Shown: piece after piece, positions 1 to 12,028 of the stretch
Numbering within the stretch: the first letter of the stretch is position 1
Layout: each line of letters begins with the position of its first letter
Source: Patellaria atrata CBS 101060
Lineage: Eukaryota
NCBI GenBank assembly: GCA_010093705.1
Contig: MU006094.1
Location: 1,277,550-1,341,549 of the forward strand
DNA length: 64,000 nucleotides
Direction of reading: 5' to 3'
Made by a program: the position numbers and the translations under genes
Notes under the pieces: generated by a model
Databases searched by the model: none
Told to the model about the DNA's origin: nothing
The model's input: only the letters and a program-made list of their open reading frames with translations

Positions 1-383
1 GGATTGGTGTTGAATTTGAGTTGGCGCAAAGTGAGTTACTCTTGAAGTTGCGATTCGGGGGTGAGAGTCTATTTACCCGCATACAAGAGAGTGGACACCT
101 GCGTCCAGCGATTCTCAAGTACCTTCGAACTCAGGCCCTGCAATTATCAAAAGAAGGTCTGCGACTTATGAGAGTCTCTAGAGGAGGCAATTGAGAAGTC
201 TCTCGAGGCTCTTGATCTAATGTTCTTGCCGTCGATGATGCTCAGCTGTCACGGGACTAGGAGCCCTTGGTGGCGCCTTCCGTTCCTCTCCCTGAAGGTG
301 ACGTGTTGAAGATGTAAACAGAGCAGCAACCTGGACTACTGTTCTCCACCCCATTTCCTGCAAAAGAATAGTTTGGTCTCAGA

Positions 384-1301
384 ATGCCCCCAGCTCGAAT
401 CATCGGAGGCCCGCCTGTGCCGAAACGTTGAGGAAAAGAGAACCATGTCTTCGAATCGGATCGTCTGAAGCACAACGCCAATGCCAGCAAAGCGAAGGAA
501 GTGCAGAGCGGACCGGCATCGAGTTCTTCCAGGGAGCCGCTGGCTGAAGTGCGCAATGGGAAGCCTAGATCCACCAAGCCGGCGGCCAACAACGGTCATC
601 GTCCCGCGGGTATGCATCCTGATTTTATCAAGATGCTGGAAGAGAGCCGTAGGAAGCGTGAAGCCGCGGAAGCAGTCGAGCAAGCAGCTCGTGAAAAGCA
701 CGAACGGGAGCTGGACGCCGAAAAGGACTATGTGACCATTGGTCGGCCGTGGTGGGACTGGAGTCGCGAGCATGATCTTGGCTTCTTCTCTGATACCCCT
801 AAAGAGAAGCGGGAAGAGCTTACCAGAGAGTACGAGAAGCAGAGAGTCACTTATTCGAATAAGCCATCTGCAGAATTCCCGGAGTGGAAGTGGGTCATGA
901 GCAAGCGTGCGACGCTGATGCTAGAGGACTTCGATGAGCTTCTCAAGAAAAGAGATCCAGACGAGTACGATGTGTACTTTGGGAGCAACTTCTTCGGATA
1001 CGGCGTTCAGGAAGTCATCGACACGCACATGCAGTCCTTCTTTGAGGAGTACCGCAAGGGTAATTCCAACACGCTTCTGCTATGGAGTTACATGGAAGCG
1101 ATGGCCTTCTTCCTCGCTGGCGGCAGCGGTGCGATGCACGCTTGGTACAGTGAGTACACAACATGAGCGGCTCGAGCATTTCTGGTCTGAAACTGACTCC
1201 TTGCAACAGTGTGCGATGACAGCGAACGCAACTTCGAGCAATTGCTCATCATCGGAGTGGCTCTCCTCACCATGTTGAACACATTCGAGAAGGAGATCTA
1301 G
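384..1301 (+). pseudogene. Disrupted, truncated fungal hypothetical protein gene
   Basis: ATG at 384 is in frame with ORF 501..1166 but is interrupted by TGA at 429-431 (plausibly CGA to TGA). After an intron at ~1150-1209 (GTGAGT...CTGAC...CAG), the last exon MCDDSERNFEQLLIIGVALLTMLNTFEKEI stops abruptly at ~1301. Confidence 0.55.
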
Positions 1302-1670
1302 AACTCTGTACCCAACATGGGCAGAACTAACTCCTCGAATACTGCGAAGATCTGGGCCACCACGGCGAGCAAAGCGCTTGAGCTGCCGGACTAGACTGCC
1401 CTCAATATCACGCCCCGGGCGCGGTTGGAGGGCAATGGGTTGAACAGCCCGTCTGTGGAATTCTCGAAGCGCACGACGACAGAGCGGCACCCGGGAAAGC
1501 TTGTCCCAGTACTCTGGAGGAGTCCTGCTCTGCGATGGATATGGCGGCTTTTGGCGTTTGGCAGGTGGTTGTGGTTGTGGTTCCGATTCTGGCTCTGCTG
1601 TTGGCGCTGCTTCGACTCGTCGTTTTCGTTTTCGACTTTGAGACCTCAGCTCTTGCTTCAAAGGCACCAT
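1300..1670 (-). pseudogene. N-terminal fragment of a widespread fungal accessory-region protein (WDxLSxxxLxxxALREF...LKRFARRGGPDL motif)
   Basis: ORF 1080..1670 carries YWDKLSRVPLCRRALREFHRR and LKRFARRGGPDLRSIRG. A donor-like GTTAGT follows at ~1331, and no downstream exon is visible because the sequence runs into the opposite-strand gene. Confidence 0.55.
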
Positions 1671-2037
1671 TGGTCCTGGACAAGTGGTGGGGGGGTTCTA
1701 TAGATATCGACATTGGGAGTTTGCTTGCGCGCCGTGAAATTGTGGAACTGCGATGGGGGAGCATTGCAAGTCTTGGCGGGTGCTTAGCAGTGGCGATGAC
1801 TCACGGACTGCCTGCAGCTGCGTATCAATTGGCGCGCGTTGCTCTAGCCCCCAGCTATTAATCGGGAGGGTATGCGCTAATATTTAGTGCGACTCCTCTC
1901 GGATTAGGCCTGTCGCAGCACGCGCCTTCAACCCACGTTCTCTTCATTCCTGCACACCACCATTGCAAGCTTTGCGGAACCTGGTGAAAGCGCGCAATTG
2001 CGATTGTCGACATGCGCTGCCCGTCTTCCTCCTCGCT

Positions 2038-3032
2038 ATGAAGCCTCTTATCGTACGAGACAAATATCAGCTAGACCTTCGACTGGGCTATGGCTCGTAT
2101 GGCGAAGTGTACGAAGGTGAGAGTACGTCGTTGCGTTTGTGACAACGACTGATTGAGACAGGCTACTACATCGAAACCGGCAAAGCAGTGGCTCTTAAAC
2201 TTGAGTATAACCAAGTTAATCCTTCACAACTCAAAAATGAAGTCGAAATCTATAGAAAACTTGAGACCGGCAATGGTATCCCTCAGGTATACTGGCATGG
2301 CTCTAAATGCGAGTTTAGGGTAATGGCATTTAAGCTCTTAGGCCCAAGCCTGGAGAACCTTTTTAACTATTGCGGCTGCAAATTCTCGCTCAAGACTGTG
2401 CTGTTACTTACAGACTAGCTTATCTCTCGATTCTAGTATATTCATTCGAAGGGATATATCTATAGAGATGTTAAGCCGGACAATCTGCTTACGGGTACCG
2501 GTACAAAAGGCAGTACTGTCTATATGACAGATATTGGACTGGCTAAAGAGATTGAAGATCTGGACAGGTACAGCTACTCTATTATCAGCACGCTGTAATA
2601 TGCCAGCATCAACGCACATCTAGGAAAAGGTGAGTACAACAGATTATACGTAAGACCTTTCTGATATGCAATTGCAGAGCAATCACCTCGTGATAACTTG
2701 GAATATTTAGATCTGTTCTCTTATACTTCCTTAAGGGCTCACTTCCCTGGCAGGGCTTAAAGTATAGATCTAAGGGAAAAGAGAAGATGATTCTTAAGAA
2801 GTAGCAAGCAGAGAAGCGGCAGGCTAAGAAGCGCAGTCTCTTTAATGGTATTCCTATTAAGTTTAAGAAGTACTTTGAGCTCATCCGGTCCGATAAGGAG
2901 CTCGACTATAGACGTTTACGATGCCTGTTCCGCGATTTGTTCTGCCGCCAGTGCTTTCAGTGTGACAATGTTTTTGATTGGACTAAACTAATGTTTCTGG
3001 AGAAGCTAGAAGCAGAACAGGAGTCGAATTGA
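2038..3032 (+). pseudogene. Casein kinase I (Hrr25/CK1-like) pseudogene
   Basis: Spliced reading gives [61 protein letters not shown] and YASINAHLG. In-frame stops occur at TAG 2416-2418, TAG 2434-2436 and TAA 2596-2598. Introns start at ~2118 and ~2629. Confidence 0.9.
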
Positions 3033-3902
3033 TACCCTCTGCGAAAAATGTAACATACGAATGAAATTTCAACCCCATGCATACATGTTTGACAACACTT
3101 ATGATGTCCCTATCTAGCATTATTGGCGTTGTCAATGTGTGCTACTCGGGTACCAAGAATTTCTACTCACCTCATGGCCAAGCAACTTTCATTCCTCAGA
3201 CTGCTCCGCTTTCCCTGGTCGTCTCACTCTCGCATCGGGGACAGCACATCCCAGGATACTGCCTGTGCTCCAACAAATAGAATTGCACCTCAACTCGGCT
3301 AATCAGCTCCAGCAACTGGCCATTGAAGTCGTCGGCGAGTGATTCAACCATTTTGTCGTCGTTGTCATCCGACCTGTTGAAGGCGATGCGGAAGAGGTGG
3401 CTGCCGATGCAACCTCCATCACAGCATGCTCGCATGCTTGCATGAATGTACAGCTACCTAGTCATAGTCTGCTGTCTCATCAAGCGCCTAGGCATACTAG
3501 CACGGATAAGCAGCCTATTATAGTGCCAAACAATAAGCTATTATTACAGGGGTACTATAAGTCTTGTATCCACCCAGCTTGCGCAGAAGACGTATTAGAT
3601 TACGCTCTAAAAGCCTGCTGGCACTAGCTGTCTATATTATACTCGTTGAGCATCATGCATTGCTTACGTCGCAGTTCAGGCAGCAGAGAGGCGCTTGACG
3701 GAACCACGTCCCAACGTTTCTACTTCCAGTGAGCATACTTTAACCCTGTACACAGTATAATATGACCTGCTCGTAGCAGTAGTTTCTCACACAGCCCCGC
3801 TTAACTATAGCTAATATGCCTCCTATAGAGGATTCATTCTCTAATTAGATATCTCTAGCTCGCCCCTGGGTGTCACCAAGAGCTTGTAACTTCTTAAGCG
3901 TA

Positions 3903-4060
3903 GCTTTGACGACGACAGACGTCCTGCAATGTATGGCTTCAGCTCGTCTGGTAGGCGCATCGTCAAACAACCCGCGCCCTCATAGTGGCTTTGACGACGA
4001 CAGACGTCCTGCAATGTATGGTTCCGACTCGCTCGGAAGGCGCATCGTCAAACAACTCGT
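3903..4060. repeat. Two-copy imperfect tandem repeat (period 85 bp) within a decayed minus-strand gene remnant
   Basis: GCTTTGACGACGACAGACGTCCTGCAATGTATGG...AGGCGCATCGTCAAACAAC occurs at ~3903 and ~3988. The minus strand reads LFDDAP-x5-IHCRTSVVVKAT twice, with a frame change between copies. Confidence 0.8.
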
Positions 4061-4971
4061 CACTCTTTGGCGGTGGCGGCAGCGGGTCCTCCTTCATGGT
4101 GATGTTTTGTTCAAGGTCATCACTCGCGATCCTCGTCCAGTCATTGGTGACCCCTTCTTATCTGTCCGGTGGAAGCTTTGCCTTTGGTAAGAATAGAACA
4201 GACTAACCTTACCGTAAGACTTGGGGAGACTTTGGCTATTATTACTTCTGTTCGGGGGCTTCGGATGAAAACAACTCAGTGAGCTGATAGTTTTTCGACG
4301 TAAAGTCTCTTTACAACTTGATTGAAGATAAATATTCAAAACCTTTTAAATTCTGCTTTGTGAAAGCTGCAAAAATCGTTATGTACCACTCGGTGAATAT
4401 GTGAATTGAATTATTCAAGCCGTGTTGAGGACTGTAGATCAATGGAAAGTATTGCCGGTACAGGTGGTCAAAGAGCTAAGCCACGGATGACTGGGGCCCG
4501 AAAATGGGACCAGTCAGTCTGTGACACCTCATATCCGTACGAGCTGATTGGGGCCCAATTTCAGACCCTTTTCATGCTGCTCAGGCTTGGATCAAGCACG
4601 ATCACGCCGGCTCACGTTGGCTCATGAGTGCTCAGCCACAGCTCGAGTTGCTTACTAACAGCTCACGTTACACCCCGGCGTAACTCACGTCTCAAAACAG
4701 AAATGGACACTGTATGAGGGCATTTTGTCCCCGTGTATCTTGCGCTATATCACATTTCGGGTCAAGTATATGTTCAGTTTTTACACCTAAATATTTCGTC
4801 CAGAGTCAAGAGAATTAAGGAAAGACATTATCATAAACGACATGTATTTGGCACCCCAACTTTAGCGCCAGCGCTTCAATTTTGACCTATAAACTCTCAT
4901 TAATCCTTCCAGGTGAATGCTATGTGATATGGTTGACCAGATGAATGCACACAGCCGTTGCCCAGGTAAAC

Positions 4972-6153
4972 TCAAATGAGCTGACCTCTATTCCGTCTCA
5001 CAACTTCGCGGCGCCGCCACTCCTTAGCCATAGAGTCAGTGCGGCGTACGTGAATAAGAACTTCTCTACGTCTGTTGTTGCCATTCAGCAGGCCACGAAG
5101 GAAACCACCACCGTTGGCGTCGTTGTCGGCATCGGTATTAGCAGTATTACCTTGATTATTATCATTGGTTTGAGTCTGTGTTCCCGTCCCGGAATTTATA
5201 TTTGCGTTCGTCTGCGTCCCTGGCTGGGTATTCGTATTACCACCATTCACTGCGCCTATGTTCGTATTTTCTTGGGTATTTGTAGTGGTGCCTTGATTTG
5301 CACCTGTCTGAGCAGTCGTATCGACTGTGTTGAGATTTTGAGCAGCAGTTCCTTGAGTACCAACTCCAGTTACAGTGTTTCCTGCTGTAGCACCCGCAGT
5401 CTGGACCATCTGTACAGGAACACATCCTCCGAAGGGACCAGCCCTAGCTGGGTTCTCGCAGCGAACCATGCAGACACCCGTTTGGCCTGCAACTGTACCA
5501 GTACAGGTAACACCTGCTGGCATTTGAGCGGTAAGCGGCTGATACACTACCAGTTAGCGATTATTTTGAATTGTTTTAGGCCTAGAACTCACGAAGTCAG
5601 TAGCCTCTCCATCACGCTCACGCCCTCTATTACCCGGTACCTGCTGGGTCACCGTCATAGCCTGAAAGCTGGTCCCCGTTCCAGTTGGATCTACCATACA
5701 AGTGTATGGGCCAGCACCATCTGCATTGACTTGGTGGAGTGTCATCATGACTTGTCCGCCCTGGCTGACCTGAGGGAGAGTTCCGCTACCAGCTGCCATT
5801 ACGGCGGCAGTTCCGGACTCAACGTCATTATCTCCTCCCTTTAAAATGTGAGATTATGATCTGATGTGAGAGATGAAGACATACACCAAGAGTTTCGCCG
5901 CAAGCATCGGCTTGGTCGCCCTGAAAACGAGTAGTATCCTGCTGAAATGGACGGCGTCTCGTCCCGTCTCGCGGGGTAGAAGCATCAACTGGTTGTATTA
6001 ATTAAGTATAAACTCCGCAGGGGGTGGAAGCGTACTCCCGATTGCGGTTCCGTCACCACCTTGGTCACCTGTAGCTGCCACGATTGCACCATGTCCAGCA
6101 GCAAGATCGCTATAAGCAATAAGTCCGACAACAACGAGAGTTGAAACATACAT
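4972..6153 (-). CDS. Secreted Egh16/GAS1(MAS)-like DUF3129 protein, 4 exons
   Basis: Signal peptide [20 protein letters not shown] followed by [51 protein letters not shown] and [21 protein letters not shown]. Ends in a T/N/Q-rich tail. Confidence 0.9.
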
Positions 6154-7702
6154 CCTGAACCTGCAGGTAAGAGGTGAAAGTATAGAAATGGAAAGGAGAA
6201 GCTTGGAATTATTTTTTTGATTGCAGATGCTGGGCTTGCTGTCGCTTGAGCTGCTGAAGAATCCAGTCCGGACGATCTATTTATCATTATATAGATATGC
6301 CAAGTCATTCATTCTTCAACACCCTAAGAGATCCCGTCACTTAAAGTTCTTACAATGCACATCTTGAGACTGTACTAGAAGATTAGAAACATCTGCAGGA
6401 GCGAAATTCTTTCCGAATATGGTCTTTCTCTTTCCATAAACGACACCACATTCAAAAAGTCAAAACAGGCCAAAGCTTGTCAAATAGAAGTAGCAATAAG
6501 ACTAGCGGATGTGATAGTTGTGCTCAGAGGCTGTGTCAATGAAAGTATATTTACTCTAACCAATGAGATATGAAAGGTATTGGAAACGACCCTGCCTCCA
6601 AGCCTTACTCGGGTAGGGATATAAGCTTTGAAAGGAACCACCTACATGTTTGCTCCTGTTGGAATTTATGAGAGACTGAAGAAAATTGTAAATAGTGTGA
6701 ACATCATTGACTTGGACATTTAACTTTGAGGATTGTAATTACTTCATCTCTTCGATATTTCAAACTATCCTATAGAGGTATATGCTCGCTGGATCCAGTG
6801 CAAATTCAATTATACTATTCAAAAAGTTAGAGGCTATAGTGGGTGTTTCTGTTCCTTTTGGTAAACTGGAGTGTTTTGGAACAACAGCTGGATCCCGGGG
6901 GGTCGCCAACGATTCGAATCATGATTCTTCTGAGACGATGTGATAGTGGCCATGTACGATTCTCCAAACCGAGGTTTGTAAAGATCTAGAAGAAATATTT
7001 AAGATTATAGTAAGGCTGTATCTTCGGAAGAGAAGCATCCGTCCTGGTTCGAAGGGTTGCCTAGTGAAAAGCAAGTTTCGCACCTGCATCTAGATCCTGC
7101 TGCCGAGGTCAGCGTAGGAAAATGTCATACTAAGACGAAAAACACGACTCTAAATATGTATCACACGCATATGTATAGTTTCGTGTGTTGTGGTGGGAAG
7201 TTTCAGGTCGACAGGAGGTTATAAGTTTCAAGATCTCCGTTCAAGCTTTCCCGTTTTAGGTCCTCATGTTTCGCTAACGCCCAAACGCTATCATGATCAC
7301 ATCGCATTGAGCTGTAGGTTTTCTGCTTGAACACTCGATAGTAATTCAAAACTGAAAACAATGAATATCCTCATTTGGTTGTCACCTGGACAATTCTGTG
7401 CGAGAGTTCAATCTCCACTTTGTCGTAGTATCTCCTAGGCTATGACACTGTACCATATGGTGCTCCGTCAATATGGACTTCGACTCTGCTCTACATTCTG
7501 AGATTAACTGTGTAGAAGACCACAAACTGTTCGAGTTCCTAGACTGCGTATCTTAGAAGAGCTATTGGCACTTTACGTTCGCGTGTTCGCCGAAGGGTAC
7601 AGTAAAGTAATGGTATATAACCGAAGTGTGCCAAACGTGATGAGGGATACGTACTGAAGCCGACCTAGCTCAGAGTGGACCTCTCTTCATTTTTGATTCT
7701 AT

Positions 7703-9727
7703 TCAGTGCTCGCCCTTCTTTGCTCTCAACTTCTCTGCCTTCTCGATCCATTGCGTACTGAGCTCTTCCAAATTAAGCCCTATGCTTCTTCGCTTGATTT
7801 CACACTCTAAAAGTGCTTCTACGTCTCTCCGCCTAGTTTCATAATCCCTCGCGCCTGTTTCAAATCTAGGAGCTCGGCATCGACCGAGCACTGCTGCATT
7901 TCTAGTACTAGGTATTCTTAGCATCTCACTCTCGGGGATAAAGCCCAAAGATGATGTGAGATGGGAAACCCAAGAAACTAAGGACGAGTAAGCGGAAGGT
8001 TGGCTGTTAGGCTTGCTTTTCATTTTCGAGTCTTCACTGACTTCTCCACTAGTGAACTTTGAACGTAGGGTTTTGAGGTCCCCTTTGGCAAGATTGCTTT
8101 CCGAGGCATCTGAAGCTGATAACATCGAAGAAGACATGCTAGATGTATTGGAACTGAATGTGGGCGCACGAGATCGAGCCCCTGAAAAGTCGTGCGAACA
8201 ACACGGGATTGCAATGAAGGGCGAGTCGCTGAGGTGCGCCAGAATCGGTGTCCACGGAGTGAGTTCATCAGCATGATTAGAGATTATGAATGTCCCTGAT
8301 GGAAAAGTCCCGTTGTGAGTATTGAACGTTGCTTTTCCAGTGGCCGGCTCCGCGCTATACTGGGAGAAGACATCCGCCAACTCACCATCGCCATTGCGTC
8401 TTAGGTTTAAAGAGGAGGTTTCGGTGATTGCATGTACCTTTCCGGCATCTTGAAGGATCTTTGGGATTAAGATCATTTGCTTGATATGTTTCCGCACATA
8501 CTCGGGGAAAACGCTCCAGGACTTTCGACTCCGAGCATCGAATCCAGAACCTTCGTATCCTTCTTGAAGCAGGACATTTACAAGTACGCCATTCCCGCAC
8601 CCAATATCTACAAAGCCAGGGAAATTCTTATTCTTTTCCGCTGATCCGTACATATCCTTCCAGAGCTCTATCAGGAAAGCCGCTATGCCGAGATCCTCGA
8701 AAACATGCTTAGCTGGATCCGTTTGCTCAACCCATTCTCCAATCAACCGCTTCGCGTATTTCACTTTTAGGCGTGCATATGTGTCTTGAAACCGTGCTTG
8801 TGGGATAACGAGATCGTGATGCACACGCTTGACATACCCATCAGCACGTCCGATTCCATGACGATGGATAATGCGCAGTAAAGTAAGAGCGGTACGTGCA
8901 AGACGAGTGTCTAGAGTAGTATCCGAGAACATGGAGTAATGTATTGAGAGTGTTCCAGGTGATCTTGAGCTTTGGCCAAGGGACGAGTTTAGAGACGGGG
9001 GATACCAAGTGTACATGAACGCAAGGGCGCGAACAGCAGGATGGTACCACGGTATCTGATCCGGAGTTTCAGTATGTGGTATGTAGACAACTAGATAGTT
9101 TTCTTTTGTGATTCTCTCAGCGTGGAACCCAATATCCCTTTGCGCATAACCGCCTTCACATTGGGATTGCGCATTCACTCCAGTTTTATGGTGCTGTCGT
9201 TCAGCTGATCGAAAGAAATGGCATGTTTGTACAAGAGACTTGTCTAGTTGTTGATTCCGAGGTACCATCCTTCTCGTTATCGTCCGCTCCCACTGATACC
9301 CCGGGACACAAATAGCGATAGGCTTCAATTCTTCGCTCATGTATTTTACAAACTTGCTATTACTCCATGGCAAGATTCGTTCGCGTATTCGGTCTGATGA
9401 AATACTTTGCTCTTCAAGCTCATTTTCCAGTAATGAAGCATCCTTTTCACTATCCCAGAAGATTTCAGCCCTTGCTAAATGCGTAGATGAGATTTCGGGA
9501 TGTTTGATCAAGTTGTCCATAACATCAAGGAAATACTGCGGTACAAAATTGCAGGGCGTAGCTACAATAGACAACCATATTTCATCAGGTAATGCAAAGA
9601 TCGGAGCTTGCTGAGTCAGGTCTTGTGGTATGAAACCTTTCTTGCCTTTTTCCTGGGCAAGGTCGAGCACGGAGGGATGTGCAGAGCTAATATCAGGACT
9701 CATTGCGAAAGACGAATTTGATACCAT
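7703..9727 (-). CDS. TRM44: tRNA(Ser) Um44 2'-O-methyltransferase
   Basis: Single-exon 674 aa ORF with YVKRVHHD, KHVFEDLGIAAFLIELW, the SAM motif FVDIGCGNGVLV, GFDARSRKSW, SNHADELTPW, IPCC and LRIPSTRN. Confidence 0.92.
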   Translation of the reverse strand: MVSNSSFAMSPDISSAHPSVLDLAQEKGKKGFIPQDLTQQAPIFALPDEIWLSIVATPCNFVPQYFLDVMDNLIKHPEISSTHLARAEIFWDSEKDASLLENELEEQSISSDRIRERILPWSNSKFVKYMSEELKPIAICVPGYQWERTITRRMVPRNQQLDKSLVQTCHFFRSAERQHHKTGVNAQSQCEGGYAQRDIGFHAERITKENYLVVYIPHTETPDQIPWYHPAVRALAFMYTWYPPSLNSSLGQSSRSPGTLSIHYSMFSDTTLDTRLARTALTLLRIIHRHGIGRADGYVKRVHHDLVIPQARFQDTYARLKVKYAKRLIGEWVEQTDPAKHVFEDLGIAAFLIELWKDMYGSAEKNKNFPGFVDIGCGNGVLVNVLLQEGYEGSGFDARSRKSWSVFPEYVRKHIKQMILIPKILQDAGKVHAITETSSLNLRRNGDGELADVFSQYSAEPATGKATFNTHNGTFPSGTFIISNHADELTPWTPILAHLSDSPFIAIPCCSHDFSGARSRAPTFSSNTSSMSSSMLSASDASESNLAKGDLKTLRSKFTSGEVSEDSKMKSKPNSQPSAYSSLVSWVSHLTSSLGFIPESEMLRIPSTRNAAVLGRCRAPRFETGARDYETRRRDVEALLECEIKRRSIGLNLEELSTQWIEKAEKLRAKKGEH

Positions 9728-10123
9728 AAGTTTCGACTTATAGAAACTGTACGGATGAGGTACTGCATTCTATTCAATACTGTGAGTGGGTGTGGTAGCT
9801 CACAAATCAGAAGGTGTTGAAAAGTAAAAGCTGCGATCGAGTCATGATACGGGCTAACCTTAAACAGAACGACTGAGTCAGCAACAAATCCAACAATACA
9901 AGACGACAAGGTACGCACGTAGTTCTTTGGTTGTTCCCTTCTGTTATTGTGTGAAAGATATCTATATTCTATACGTTAAGCATGTCTTAATCATTATGCC
10001 CTATGAAAATTTCCCAGCCGATATCCCAGGGAATTTCTTAGTATCTCTTTAACAAATCCATTAGTCCACCATCGACTGCAAATGATACATTTTCAGGTCA
10101 TATCCTGTTAGTCACCGCTTTGT

Positions 10124-10800
10124 TTATACACTTGACTTGGGTTTGTCGTAGTAGTGAGCCATCTGCAATCCAGCTCTTGAAAACTCGCACTTTTTGTAGA
10201 ATCCCTCGTTCGCTTCAGAACAGTCGAGGATAGACTATGGGGCACAGTCAGCGTTTTCTTCTTCACCACACCCTTTTAGGACTCAACCTCGCAGGTAGAG
10301 GGTTACCTTGTAACATCCAACATTTTCTGCCACGTAATCCAATGCTTGAATGATTCTTAACCCTAACTTTTTCCCTTGTTGGTCCTTTGCAACCGCAATA
10401 TCTTCAATATGCCCAACCAGCCCGAGGTTATGTATACTGTGAAGCAAACAGACATTAGCGCAATTATCCAGTACGCCTTGTTCTCCATCGCAAGAAACAC
10501 TTACAACTTCCTCTCTACTATCAAAGCTCCTGTTCCTACTACCTTGCCCTCGCCATTCACGACGCAGAGTAGAAAGTATTCATCGTTGCGCCCGCGCATC
10601 CACTCATATCTCTCGTTCCAGCCTTCCTCGGAAATGTCACCAACTTTCGTCAAGACGCGCAATACGTCCAAGAACCCCGCGTGGTAGTCACTCTTCTGTA
10701 GTGGACGGCAAGTGTATCCCTCGGGTAGAGCTGACAGCACAGTGGGAGATATCAGGGTCGGTGAGAAGAGAGGGTCAGAATCGCCATTCGTGTTTGCCAT
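10124..10800 (-). CDS. GNA1: Glucosamine-6-phosphate N-acetyltransferase (GNAT), 3 exons
   Basis: RPLQKSDYHAGFLDVLRVLTKVG, VVGTGALIVERKFIHNLGLVGHIEDIAVAKDQQGKKLG, CYK/SILDCSEANEGFYKKC. Introns at 10504-10437 and 10306-10235. Confidence 0.95.
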
Positions 10801-12028
10801 TTGCTTGAGCCGGGTTATTTTGGGTCGACGGTGAGGTTATGGACAGCGTGTGGTAACGTTTGAAATGGATGACCCTGAAAGTACGAGGCCGCGTTCTAAT
10901 TAGAAGTAAGCAAAATCGATCCAGTAGTACGTTTGATATTACCTGCACACTCCAGGAAATTATTATTGCAATGGAGGTAGTGGTAGCAGTATAAAGTCCC
11001 TTTTGCTATGGCTCCCCACCTCAGCCTAGCTCCTGAATCATTGTTTACAGTCCGGCTGATATTCGGAGCATTCAGGCAGCTTGTCTAAGTTTAGTATCAA
11101 TCCCCAGAAGCTTACTTGGGAGCTTATCGACACTTCATATTACATATATTTTCCACACGCAGTCGATGATGATGAAGATGAGATAGCTCACTGATATTAA
11201 TTGAATACTATTGAGTTTCTATAGAGAAAGAGTCAAAGGTACGCCGTAAACTTAATACGCAGTTCTATTCACAAATTAGAAAAGCCCGGAGGTTTAGTCG
11301 CATGGGTACAGTACCTTTATAGAGTACAAGTAAAGTATACTCCTATTTCATTTCCTAGGTTCAACTTTCTCCCTTGCTATGGATATTGTACGCTTATGCC
11401 ATACCATCCGACCGATACTGGACCTCAGAAAGATAGATAGCTATATTACACATATCATCTAGGCGCCGGTATTCAGGATAGCTCGAACGTAATTGGACAA
11501 CTGCGGAGCCATTTGTACAGCTTGAAGCTGTTTGATATTTCTGTTTTATCCTACAGCAGACTCCCAATATCTCTTGCACCGCGGAACATGGCTTACTGCA
11601 TGCTTACTCCCGAACGGTACGGAGTATGACTCAAAGAATCAAGATCAACACAAGAATCAGTGACTCCAACGGACATTTCAGGGTTTATTTTTAGTGCTAT
11701 ATCGGAAATGTCATCTATCTGCGTATAAAGACCGGATGTCCTTTACAGTTACTGACAACACCAATCCAAAAGATGTGGAATAGAATGAGAGCTGAAGCAG
11801 ATGGGATCAGAACATTCTTGGCGCCGAGTAAGCTATACGAACATATCCATGTTTGTCAGATATAAGCCTTACTGCCAAACTCGGCATTAAGGTCGGCCTT
11901 TTGCCGTAGTGGTATAATCTCACAATGTTCTACTGTAGGGCGTGGTGGCTGTGGCCTTCAGCCCTAAAGCTAGTATAAATCACTCCCAGAGTAGTGGAAG
12001 TGGATCCATAAGAACGTGAAGTGAGAGT

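Noticed and set aside
3903..4060. CRISPR-like repeat-spacer structure
   Set aside because: Only two copies, a eukaryotic context, and explained as a coding tandem duplication.
4480..4700. Short repeats (CTCACGT x3, GGGCCC x2) as the terminus of a large mobile element
   Set aside because: No matching second end or target-site duplication is identifiable within the window.
4945..5844. 299 aa plus-strand ORF
   Set aside because: Antisense shadow of the Egh16/GAS1-like gene.
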